DNA of 64,000 nucleotides from assembly GCA_963663275.1 (NCBI GenBank), contig OY760183.1, forward strand, positions 3,296,001 to 3,360,000, read 5' to 3'. The notes beneath the pieces are model-generated. The model searched no databases and was not told the DNA's origin. It worked only from the letters and a program-made list of their open reading frames with translations. Source of the stretch: Chloroflexota bacterium (lineage in GTDB: Bacteria; Chloroflexota; UBA11872; VXOZ01). The translations under genes were made by a program, and so were the position numbers. Shown piece by piece: positions 38,346 through 46,937 of this stretch (the first letter of the stretch is position 1; every line of letters starts with the position of its first letter).

Positions 38346-38374
38346 TTGACCCACAGCGCGCTTCTGAGTATACT
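38346..38374 (+). promoter_or_regulatory. Sigma70-type promoter upstream of the SWIM gene leader
   Basis: TTGACC-17 bp-TATACT. Confidence 0.65.
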
Positions 38375-38559
38375 TAACAGCAGGGGCATTGTTCTGTGCG
38401 ATCTGCCGCGCGTCTTCTCTCTACCTCGCCGCCATCGTCGGCGGCGCATCTCACGAACAGCACGTATGCCGCCGTCCGGCGGCTGTGATTACGTCAATCG
38501 CGCTTGCTCGGCAGATCCACGCTGCCGCTCGTCCAGGCTTTGTAACAAGGGGGGCTTGC

Positions 38560-38841
38560 ATGTACTCCAGTCTGATTGGAAAAGTGGAGAAAGCGAACCG
38601 CTACACGGAAGAGCGGGACCGGTTCCGCTTCACGGCGTTCACGGTACAGGTGCGCGGCGACAACAACGAGCACGAGGTTACGTTCGAGAACGGTGAATGG
38701 CGTTGCGACTGCGATTTCTTCACAATCTACGGACTGTGCAGCCACGGCATGGCGCTGGAGCGCATTCTCGGCGAAATGGTAGCGTCCAAGATGACGTTCG
38801 CGGACATGATCAAGGCCAAGACGGGTTCCGCTCTGCCGTAA
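38560..38841 (+). CDS. Small SWIM zinc-finger protein
   Basis: CDCDFF...CSH (CxC-xn-CxH) in a 93-aa ORF beginning MYSSLIGKVEKANRY. Confidence 0.75.
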   Translation: MYSSLIGKVEKANRYTEERDRFRFTAFTVQVRGDNNEHEVTFENGEWRCDCDFFTIYGLCSHGMALERILGEMVASKMTFADMIKAKTGSALP

Positions 38842-38948
38842 GGGTCGATTGCCGCGCCCGTCCGCGCTGAAGCGCCCACGCGCGGTAGCGCCGGAACACG
38901 GGGCGCTCTGCGCGCCGCCGCCCGGCGCCGCCCCTTCCCAACCTCCGC

Positions 38949-39467
38949 ATGTACACCATCGACCCAGAAGACATCGAAATCGTCCGCAGCGCCCAGCGCA
39001 CCAAGACGGCTTCCGGCCAGTTCAAGGACGGCAAACTGCGCGTGCTCCTGCCGGCGCGTCTCGACCGGGCCGAAGAAGCGCGCCTCGTCGCCGCAATCCG
39101 CGAGCGGATCGAACGGCAAGAGACGAAGCGCCGCCTCAATGCCGGCAATCCCCTCCTCAAGCGCGCTCACGCGCTCAATGCGCAGTACTTCGACGGCAAG
39201 CTGGAGATCGCCTCGGTCACGTACGTGACGAACCAGAACTCCCGCTACGGCAGTTGCAGCGTGCACCGCAAGACCATCCGCCTGGCGCATCACCTCGCCG
39301 AGATGCCGGAGTACGTTCGCGACTACGTGCTGATGCACGAGATGGCGCACCTGGTGGAGCCGGGGCACGACCGGCGCTTCTGGGAGATCGTGAACCGCTA
39401 CCCGCGCGCGCGGGAGGCGCAACAGTACCTGAAGGCGTTGGCCAGGGAGAGTCACGCCGCGCCGTAG
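38949..39467 (+). CDS. YgjP/DUF45-like (M48/SprT-like) zinc metallohydrolase
   Basis: RYGSCS, DYVLMHEMAHL (HExxH) and H.RRFW. Confidence 0.85.
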   Translation: MYTIDPEDIEIVRSAQRTKTASGQFKDGKLRVLLPARLDRAEEARLVAAIRERIERQETKRRLNAGNPLLKRAHALNAQYFDGKLEIASVTYVTNQNSRYGSCSVHRKTIRLAHHLAEMPEYVRDYVLMHEMAHLVEPGHDRRFWEIVNRYPRAREAQQYLKALARESHAAP

Positions 39468-39558
39468 CAAGAATGCCGCCGTCCCGCGTTCTTCACTCGC
39501 CCGGCCGTTCCCCCAGCCAGCTATTCCCCGTTCGCCGCTCCTGTGGCATGATTTAATC

Positions 39559-40074
39559 ATGGCAACCGCAAAGACCAAGAAAGCCCGGCGCGCCGCCAAG
39601 GTCCGCGACCCCAACAACATGGTGGTGGTCACGAACCGCCGCGCCTTCCACGATTACCACGTCGATGCCGCGTACGAGGCCGGTCTGGCGCTGGTGGGCA
39701 CGGAGGTGAAGTCCGTCCGCGCCGGCCGGGTCAACCTGACCGAAGGGTTCGTGCGCGTCATCGACGGCGAGGCGTGGCTCTGGAACGCCCATATTTCGCC
39801 CTACCAACGCGGCGGCTACGTCAATCACGAAGCCACCCGCCCGCGCAAACTGCTGCTCCACCGGGACCAGATCGCCGCGCTGCGCCAGCACGCCCAGGTG
39901 AAGGGCCAAACCGTCATCCCGCTGCGCGTCTACCTGCGCAACGGCCGGATCAAGGTCGAGATCGGCGCGGCGCGGGGTAAGAAACTCTACGACAAGCGGC
40001 AAACCCTGGCCGCCAAAGACGCCCAACGCGAGGTAGACCGGGTGGCGAAAGAATATAGCCGGGGCCGCTGGTAG
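39559..40074 (+). CDS. smpB: SsrA-binding protein
   Basis: NRRAFHDY, EAGLALVGTEVKSVR, RKLLLHR and GKKLYDKR. Confidence 0.96.
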   Translation: MATAKTKKARRAAKVRDPNNMVVVTNRRAFHDYHVDAAYEAGLALVGTEVKSVRAGRVNLTEGFVRVIDGEAWLWNAHISPYQRGGYVNHEATRPRKLLLHRDQIAALRQHAQVKGQTVIPLRVYLRNGRIKVEIGAARGKKLYDKRQTLAAKDAQREVDRVAKEYSRGRW

Positions 40075-40227
40075 CCGCGCTGACCGGCGCAATGCCCGCT
40101 CCGGCGAATGCTCCGGTATTCGGCTCATAAGCGCTGCGCGACGGTGGTTTCTGTGAGAGGCTGCTATACTCTCGGTGTGGGGTTGACGTGGTATACTTGC
40201 CTTGTAGCTAAAAGGAGAGACGGGATA

Positions 40228-40461
40228 ATGGAGAATATAACCGATTGGGCGCCTACAGTCGTCGCAATTGCCGCGACCATAGGCGTGGTGTGGCGCTTTG
40301 AAACCCGTATGTCCAGTCTATCGGACCGTATTGCGGGCGTGGAGACGCGACTTAGCGGGCGCATATCCGACTTGTCAGACCGCGTTTCGCGTATTGAAGG
40401 ATTGCTCGAAGGATACTTCATGCACGGGGGCAAATCAGACCCGCCGCCGCCCCCTGAATGA
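40228..40461 (+). CDS. Small membrane-anchored coiled-coil hypothetical protein
   Basis: One hydrophobic segment followed by heptad-like LSDRI/LSGRI/LSDRV repeats and RVSRIEG; AAGGAG RBS. Confidence 0.65.
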   Translation: MENITDWAPTVVAIAATIGVVWRFETRMSSLSDRIAGVETRLSGRISDLSDRVSRIEGLLEGYFMHGGKSDPPPPPE

Positions 40462-40580
40462 AGGACCTAGACCTTCGTTTCCAACGTGCGATCAACCTAC
40501 GCGTACGCCGCCATGTCGCTCGGCAGATTCATCGCCAGCGCCTTCAACGCTCAAGCAAACTACGCGAAGCCGCACGTCCT

Positions 40581-40723
40581 CGGTTGCGCAAGTTTGTAGC
40601 CTCCATCCCCGGTAGCGTAGGTTTGTAACCTGCGTCCTCGGTAGTGCAGGTTTGTAACCTGCGTCCCCGGTAGCGTAGGTTTGTATCCTACGTCCTTGGT
40701 AGCGTAGGTTTGAAACCTGCGTC
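40581..40723. repeat. Tandem array of ~5 GTAG-type REP units with a 29-bp period
   Basis: GGTAGCGYAGGTTTGTAACCTGCGTC units with no unique spacers. Confidence 0.85.
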
Positions 40724-40902
40724 ACGTGCGGTTCAATCTGTGGCCGCCCTCTTCTCACGCTCAATCCCCGCAAGCCACGCTCCAGGCCGCTTGCTCCGGC
40801 GGGGGACAAGCCCCCGCGCTACGGTAATGCCGCCTCGTGCCCCGGGCAGCGGGATATAGCCCTTATGGTCAACGGGTCCATGTAGCGCGGGGGCTTGTCC
40901 CC

Positions 40903-41064
40903 CAATGCTGTCGCATTAAACACAATGAGAGTGAAAACAACGCTCGTTTCTCCGGTAGCGCAGGTTTGTAACCTGCGTCTTCCGTAGGGTCAATCCATTT
41001 CGTTAGCATTTCTCTTATTCCGGCGGGGGACAAGCCCCCGCGCTACGTTAATGCGACAGTATTG
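40903..41064. mobile_element. 162-bp MITE with IS4-like TIRs and a 12-bp target duplication
   Basis: CAATGCTGTCGCATTAA...TTAATGCGACAGTATTG; GGGCTTGTCCCC duplicated (40891-40902 and 41065-41076); near-identical copy at 55914-56075. Confidence 0.88.
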
Positions 41065-41254
41065 GGGCTTGTCCCCCGCCTCTTCTCGTCTCCCGCTTCT
41101 TGGTGAAAATGGCAAACACCATCCCAGGCGGAACGCTCAACGCCATCTTTCCCGCTCGCCCATACGCAAGAATCCAGCTTATGCGCCCGCGCTGGTATAC
41201 TGTATGCGCGCTAATCGACGCATACACTCACGCACCTGGGATTGGAGAACGACC

Positions 41255-42421
41255 GTGGACGAGATTCGTATCGGCCTTACCGGACTGGGCGCGCGCGGCC
41301 GCCACTGGTTGAAGATGTTGGACAACTTCAACGGCTATCGCGTCACCGCCATTTGCGACCCCATAACCGAACTTCATGAAATGTCCCTCGAGCCGCTGAA
41401 GGAACCGGAATCCATAGCCGCATACGACCGCTACGAGGACTTTCTCGCCGATTCCAACGTGGACGCCGTGGCCCTGACGGTGCGTTGCAAGGAGCAGGGC
41501 GCGCTGGCGGCGCAGGCGCTGGAGGCCGGCAAGCACGTCAACTCCGAGGTGCCCGCCGCGCACACTATGGAAGACTGCTGGCGCATCGTGCTGGCGGCGG
41601 AACGCAGCGGCAAGATCTACCAGCTTGGCGAGCAGCGCCGCCACGCCGGCGAATTTGCCGCCTGGCGGGAACTGGTGCGGGAAGGGAAGCTGGGCAAGAT
41701 CACTTTCTGCGAGGGACAGTACATCGGCTACAAGGAGCCCGCGCGCTACCACCGCCTGCGCGGCACCGCGCAGACGGTACCGATTGCCGACCTGCCGAAC
41801 CATCCGGACGCCGAACCGTCGTGGATCAACCTCATGCCGCCCATTCACTACCTGCCCCACGAACTCAGCCCGATTCTCATGGTGCTCGACGACCGCGTCA
41901 CGGAAGTCACCGCCATGAGCACGCGCTCACCCAGCTACATCCACGAGGAAATCCAGCAGCCGGACATCCAACTGGCCATCATGAAAACCGCCAAAGACAC
42001 GCTCATGCGCCTGGCCGTGGCCTACACCCAGCCCACGCCGCCGCGCGACAACCACTGGTGCCACATCATGGGTACCAAAGGCTCGGTGGAACTGGCGCGC
42101 TCGCTGCGCGACATGCCCAAGCTCTGGCTGGCCGACGCGCAAATGCACGACCACGCCGAGGTCGATTGGCGTCCGCAACGCACCGACGCGCCGGCCGAGG
42201 CCCGCGGCAGCGGCCACAGCGATACCGACTACTACATCCACGCCACCTTCCGCGACGCGGTGCTCCACGGCAAGCCGCTGGACTTCGACCTCTACAAAGC
42301 CATGGACACCGCCGCGCCGGCCGTGCTGGCTTCCGAATCCATCGCGCAAGGCAGCAAGCTGATGCACGTGCCCGACTTCCGTCCGGGGCCAAACCGGCGC
42401 AAAGGCGAAATGCCCGGGTAG
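41255..42421 (+). CDS. Gfo/Idh/MocA-family NAD(P)-dependent oxidoreductase
   Basis: IRIGLTGLGARG, ALEAGKHVNSEVP and C-terminal GSGHSDTDY. Confidence 0.85.
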   Translation: MDEIRIGLTGLGARGRHWLKMLDNFNGYRVTAICDPITELHEMSLEPLKEPESIAAYDRYEDFLADSNVDAVALTVRCKEQGALAAQALEAGKHVNSEVPAAHTMEDCWRIVLAAERSGKIYQLGEQRRHAGEFAAWRELVREGKLGKITFCEGQYIGYKEPARYHRLRGTAQTVPIADLPNHPDAEPSWINLMPPIHYLPHELSPILMVLDDRVTEVTAMSTRSPSYIHEEIQQPDIQLAIMKTAKDTLMRLAVAYTQPTPPRDNHWCHIMGTKGSVELARSLRDMPKLWLADAQMHDHAEVDWRPQRTDAPAEARGSGHSDTDYYIHATFRDAVLHGKPLDFDLYKAMDTAAPAVLASESIAQGSKLMHVPDFRPGPNRRKGEMPG

Positions 42422-42439
42422 AACGGAGAACTGCCGCCT

Positions 42440-43531
42440 ATGAACCGCGCACTGCCGTCATGGGTCACGTATCCTGCGGAAGACTGGATCACGATTTCGC
42501 CGGCTGAGGCGGGCCTGGATCCCCGCCGGTTCGAGGCGTGGCTGCGTACGCTGGGCTTTCACGGCGCTGATTTCGGCGGCGAGGACCACACCCGCAACCG
42601 CTGGGGCACGATGCTCACCCGCGGCGGCTACTGCGTGCATACCTGGGGCGACCCGCACTACCGCTTCCAGACCGCCTCCATGGGCAAGGCGTTCATGTGG
42701 GTGTTGCTTGGCTTTGCAGTGCAGGACGGCCTGCTGGACGTGGATGCGCCCATTCATGAAACCTGGACGGGTGAAGGCGAACTCTCCCATCCCCACAAAT
42801 ACCTCAACCGGGGCCATCACCAGAACCTCACCTGGCGGCACATCATCGGCACGCAGCACGGCCGCACCCACCAGGGCGGCTTTCCCATGGAAATCGGCAG
42901 TCACTATGCCGCGGGACGCGCCGGAAAGACCCAAGCGGAAGCCGACAAGGTGTGTCCGGCCTGGGCAAACTGGACCGGCGACCCGTTCTACGACCTCTAT
43001 TCACACGTTCCGCCCGGCACACAGGAACACTACAGCAGCGCCGGCTTCTGGCGCATGGGACAGGCGCTGACGCACGTCTGGCAACGCGACCTGAAAGAGG
43101 TGCTGGACGAGCGGCTCTTTGGCGCAATCGGCATCGCGCCGGACAACTGGGACTGGTACACCGGCGAGACCGTGCAGTCTCAGCAGTACTTCTACCCCAC
43201 AATCCCCGACTCCTACACCTATCTCGACCCGCCGTACCGCATCGCTGGGAACGTGGTGCGCAGCGGCCCGGGTTGGGCGGTGATGTGCGCCGCCGACATC
43301 GCCCGCTTCGGCCACCTGCTCGCCACCCAGGGCCTCTGGCAAGGCGCGCAACTCATCGCTCCCCAATGGCTGCGCGGCCACGGCGGCGGCAACCGCAGCG
43401 GCGTCAGCGGCGAAAGCGCCCACTTCACCGCCCTCGCCCAAGTCACCACCGAGGGCGTCGACCACGTCCACTCGAGCGCCACCACCAGCTTCATCCCCGC
43501 AGACGTTATCACAGGCCCCGTTCAGGTGTAA
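42440..43531 (+). CDS. Serine hydrolase of the beta-lactamase/AmpC-like family
   Basis: SxxK (ASMGK), PGTQEHYSS, LDERLFGAIGI and DIARFGHL. Confidence 0.75.
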   Translation: MNRALPSWVTYPAEDWITISPAEAGLDPRRFEAWLRTLGFHGADFGGEDHTRNRWGTMLTRGGYCVHTWGDPHYRFQTASMGKAFMWVLLGFAVQDGLLDVDAPIHETWTGEGELSHPHKYLNRGHHQNLTWRHIIGTQHGRTHQGGFPMEIGSHYAAGRAGKTQAEADKVCPAWANWTGDPFYDLYSHVPPGTQEHYSSAGFWRMGQALTHVWQRDLKEVLDERLFGAIGIAPDNWDWYTGETVQSQQYFYPTIPDSYTYLDPPYRIAGNVVRSGPGWAVMCAADIARFGHLLATQGLWQGAQLIAPQWLRGHGGGNRSGVSGESAHFTALAQVTTEGVDHVHSSATTSFIPADVITGPVQV

Positions 43532-43755
43532 TTTTTCGCCTTGGTGCGGTAATTCACCTTCCGGTAGCGCAGGTTTGTAACCTGCGTCCGCCTCCGGACA
43601 CAATAGGCTAGCAGTGTTGACTTTAACCATGCAGCACAAACGGCAACAGCGGTAGCGCGCCGGGCTGCTGCAGTGTGCAAATCGACGGCGTCGGCTTCAG
43701 CACGACGCTTGTATTCGCGGTTTATGGGTCTTAGCCCCTAAGAAGAGGGTAGAAC

Positions 43756-44565
43756 TTAGACCAGTTCATTTTGCGCAGACAAAACGAACGCGTCCTGATC
43801 CGCGCGCATGCGCAGGTGCGATACGGGAGATTCCTCGGTCAGAAACCCTGCCGTGCCGCCGTGCTTTGCCAGTTCTGATGAGAATTGCCCGGCCAATCCC
43901 GGACCCATCTGTGTACCCACGCTATGGCCAAAGTCGACCGTGACACATTGATCAATGCCAAAGTGACTTATCCCACTGAGTTTGGGAAACCAGTGACCCA
44001 TAGGAGCAAACCATCCGTGGCACTCCTTGTCATGGTGGCTGTTGCCGCACCAGACGAGGAGTTTCGTATCCGGCGGCAATGCGTCTAGAGCGTTGCATAG
44101 GTTGCGCGCCTGCTGCTCTTCGCGCCAGTTAACACTCTCCATCGCAGCGTCGCTAAGGGTAGGCGTTTCCTGCTCTCTTTCCGATTCGATGCTCTTCGCT
44201 CTTCGGAGTTTAGCGGGTTGGGCATCAAAGTCAGCTTCGTACGGCACTAGAGTCCAACCGAGGTCGAGCGCCGCTTGGATGAACAACCGCATCTCCGGTT
44301 GGGCCAGATACCCTTCTTCAGGCATGGCCGGCACCTGTCGCGTACGATTCGCCTCAGCGGCAAACGAGTAGGGCCACAACGCCTCCTTGGCCAAGTGGCG
44401 CACACCGGCCTCATGGGCAGCGGGCAGGATGCGCCGACCGATCTCCCGCGTGCGGATGCACCGCTTCAAGTCGTTGTGGGCCTCATTCATCATCACGACG
44501 GTAGAGCGCTGAAAGCCGATTGCGACAAGTTCCTCCGGCGTGCGCCAGACCGATGTAGCTTCCAT
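43756..44565 (-). CDS. Hypothetical protein, possibly EreA/ChaN-like fold
   Basis: VVMMNEAH...GVRHLAKEAL...NWREEQQARNL...KLLVWCGNSH; start uncertain (44565 or 44610). Confidence 0.55.
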   Translation of the reverse strand: MEATSVWRTPEELVAIGFQRSTVVMMNEAHNDLKRCIRTREIGRRILPAAHEAGVRHLAKEALWPYSFAAEANRTRQVPAMPEEGYLAQPEMRLFIQAALDLGWTLVPYEADFDAQPAKLRRAKSIESEREQETPTLSDAAMESVNWREEQQARNLCNALDALPPDTKLLVWCGNSHHDKECHGWFAPMGHWFPKLSGISHFGIDQCVTVDFGHSVGTQMGPGLAGQFSSELAKHGGTAGFLTEESPVSHLRMRADQDAFVLSAQNELV

Positions 44566-44722
44566 ACTTTGCTTCAGACCCCCGAATTCATTGGCGTACA
44601 GGTATTTCAAGTCAATTGAGACACGGATAGAGACTCGCCGACCCTGGCGCGGGATGACTATTCAACGATGCTCTTCACGCCGGTTGCAAGCCGGCGTATT
44701 GCACGAAAACTATTGGCTCCAC

Positions 44723-46279
44723 TCAGAACTCCAGGAGGCGGTCGCACACGGGGAATACTACCTCAACGTCATCGCGCGCAAGCTCTTCTGCGAAGAACTT
44801 GGGACTTTCGGTGTGGATGGGCACGAGCCGCCGGGGGCGGATTTGGCGGATTATGTCGAGTAATTCGGCGCGGCTGGCGTGGCCGGAGGCGTGTAGGGGG
44901 CCGTCGAGCGTTTCGCCGAGGCCGTGGATTTCTACGTCGAAGTGTTCCAGCCAGTTGCGCAGCCGGTTTTGATCGATTTGCATCTCCTCGTCGAACGCCT
45001 CGCTGCTGGAGTAGACGTAGACCGCCGGCAGCGGCGCGAGGCTGGCCAACTCGTTGATGTCCCAGAACGAAAAGCAGAGGATGAAGTCGCCGGGATTGCG
45101 CCGCACGTCGTCGGCATGAACGAGCAAGGCGGGGTGGCGCTCCACCAGCTTCTTTTCCCAGCCGTAGAGCCGCGCGCGGCCTTTCTGGTAGAGCGCGAAA
45201 CCGGGCGCCGCGCCGAAGTCGGGCACTTCGTCCGGCGCGGCGTAGCGCATCGCCTCCAGCAAGTAGGCGTCTTTGTTCAGCACGGCCAGGCGGCGGCCGG
45301 TCTCTCGCGCGATTTGGTGGAAGATGAGCAGCCGCTCCACGTTGCGCGGGCCGAAGTCGGCAAAGACCAGCTTGCCAGAGGCCCGCCGGACAATGTCCGC
45401 CGCCGTCGCGTGCACGTCGTGTTCCGTCCGGGGTGAACTGTCCCTGCCCGCGCTGGTGCCTTCACAGAGCAAGACCGTGGGCTTCAGCGCGGCAATCTGC
45501 GCCACAGCCTGCCGCGTTCGGTCCCCATGCGTGCCGTGCAGGCGAAAATCGCCGGTATACGCCACCCAACCGGCGGTGGTTTCCACGGCAAACGCCGCCG
45601 CGCCGTAGATGGAGTGATCGACCGGGTACCAGCGGAGCTTGCTACCCGCGCCAATCGTCCCGCCGGCCGCCTCTATAGGAGAAACTTCCATACTGCGCGT
45701 CGATTGCGGCGATTCGTGCCAGAACCGCTCCGCCTCCAGCGAGAGAGGCCCGTTCAGCACGCGCAAAGGCCGCTGCTGCAACGGCGCGCCGCGCACGGTC
45801 TGCAACACACCGTCTTTGCTTTCGCGCGGCACGGCGTACACGAGCTCGCGCTCCACGTCGCTCGGGGCGCTATCCTGGATCGCTTTGGAAATCAGGGCGG
45901 TCAGCGCCGTGGTGTAGAGCGGTATGTCCGGGCGCAGGAACGAGACCGAACCGGTGTGGTCTACGTGGGCGTGGCTTAGCAGCACGCCGTCAACATGGTC
46001 AAGTGTGCGATACAGGTCTTTGGACTTCCAGCGATCCCAAAAATCCGCCTCCGGCTCCAGGTCGGGCCGGTAGAGGCCGTGCAGCGGCGGCAACATGCCG
46101 GTCTGGAAGAAGTCGTTCAGGCCGTAGCCGGCCCGCGGATTGAGAAACTCCGCGAAATAGCGGCTCCGCACCTTGAAGGAGATGCCGAAATCGAAGAAGA
46201 GGCGGGTCGCGCCGTCCACGAGCAGGATCTTGTTGCCGCCAATCTCGTTGTTGCCGCCGTAGAAGCGCAGTTCAGGCAT
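44723..46279 (-). CDS. MBL-fold beta-CASP nuclease (RNase J-like)
   Basis: YGGNNEIGGNKIL, SHAHVDH, VDHS, YTGDFRLHG, HASGHA and PIHTE. Confidence 0.85.
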   Translation of the reverse strand: MPELRFYGGNNEIGGNKILLVDGATRLFFDFGISFKVRSRYFAEFLNPRAGYGLNDFFQTGMLPPLHGLYRPDLEPEADFWDRWKSKDLYRTLDHVDGVLLSHAHVDHTGSVSFLRPDIPLYTTALTALISKAIQDSAPSDVERELVYAVPRESKDGVLQTVRGAPLQQRPLRVLNGPLSLEAERFWHESPQSTRSMEVSPIEAAGGTIGAGSKLRWYPVDHSIYGAAAFAVETTAGWVAYTGDFRLHGTHGDRTRQAVAQIAALKPTVLLCEGTSAGRDSSPRTEHDVHATAADIVRRASGKLVFADFGPRNVERLLIFHQIARETGRRLAVLNKDAYLLEAMRYAAPDEVPDFGAAPGFALYQKGRARLYGWEKKLVERHPALLVHADDVRRNPGDFILCFSFWDINELASLAPLPAVYVYSSSEAFDEEMQIDQNRLRNWLEHFDVEIHGLGETLDGPLHASGHASRAELLDIIRQIRPRRLVPIHTESPKFFAEELARDDVEVVFPVCDRLLEF

Positions 46280-46482
46280 GGAAGCATCCTATCCGCGGTA
46301 CCGTTTCATGCAACTGTCGCAAATAGACGTAGGGGCGGTTCGCGAACCGCCCTAAGTGATGGCTGTCCGCCTTACAACTCTTAGCCCTGCACTCACCAAG
46401 GAGATCTCTGCGAAGCACGGCAAAAACAGTTGGAGCCGGGATTGACCGGCGCCGGTTTCCCCCTCACCCCGGCCCTCTCCCC

Positions 46483-46770
46483 TGTACAGCCCGGGGACAT
46501 GGGTAACACATTTTCGGACACACAAGTCACGCCATCGACCTAGAGAGTTATCGTGGTATGCATTTCCCATGCCTTGACAGGTATGTCTACTCAATATCTT
46601 GTGTAGACATATTCTGCCCCTGGCACCAGCTAACAAGCTGGACATGACCGCGTTGTGTTGCCTGGAACGGTCAGCATCCCGGCCCAAGCCGGAGCACCAG
46701 TAGGTGTCAATACGCTAAATGTGTAACCCATCTTCCCAGAAAACTGTTACCCATGTCCCCGGACTCTACA
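46483..46770. mobile_element. 288-bp MITE with IS481-like TGT...ACA ends inserted into a REP hairpin
   Basis: TGTACAGCCCGGGGACATGGGTAACA versus the reverse complement TGTAGAGTCCGGGGACATGGGTAACA (24/26); subterminal ATGGGTWACAC repeat; CTCCC(C) duplicated; no transposase. Confidence 0.85.
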
Positions 46771-46834
46771 CTCCCAGGGAGAGGGGGTCTTCTCGCCTGC
46801 CGGTCCGGGGTATGGAGCGGTCTTCTAACGAAAC

Positions 46835-46912
46835 GTAGGGGCGGTTCGCGAACCGCCCCTACCGTGTTGCAGAGCTATTGTCGGCGATACCACACGCGAA
46901 CCGCCCCTACCG
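46835..46912. repeat. GTAGGGGCGGTTCGCGAACCGCCCCTAC palindromic REP with a partial tandem duplication
   Basis: Perfect palindrome; related copies at ~46329 and 53212 (GTAGGGGCACGACATGTCGTGCCCCTAC). Confidence 0.8.
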
Positions 46913-46937
46913 TGTTGCAGATCTATTGCCGGCGTTA

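Noticed and set aside
40075-40230. tmRNA next to smpB
   Set aside because: No tRNA-like 5' GGGG or 3' T-arm/CCA ends and no tag ORF found
40581-40723. CRISPR array (29-bp periodic palindromic repeats)
   Set aside because: Units abut with no unique 30-40 bp spacers, the same motif is dispersed as REPs, and no cas genes are present
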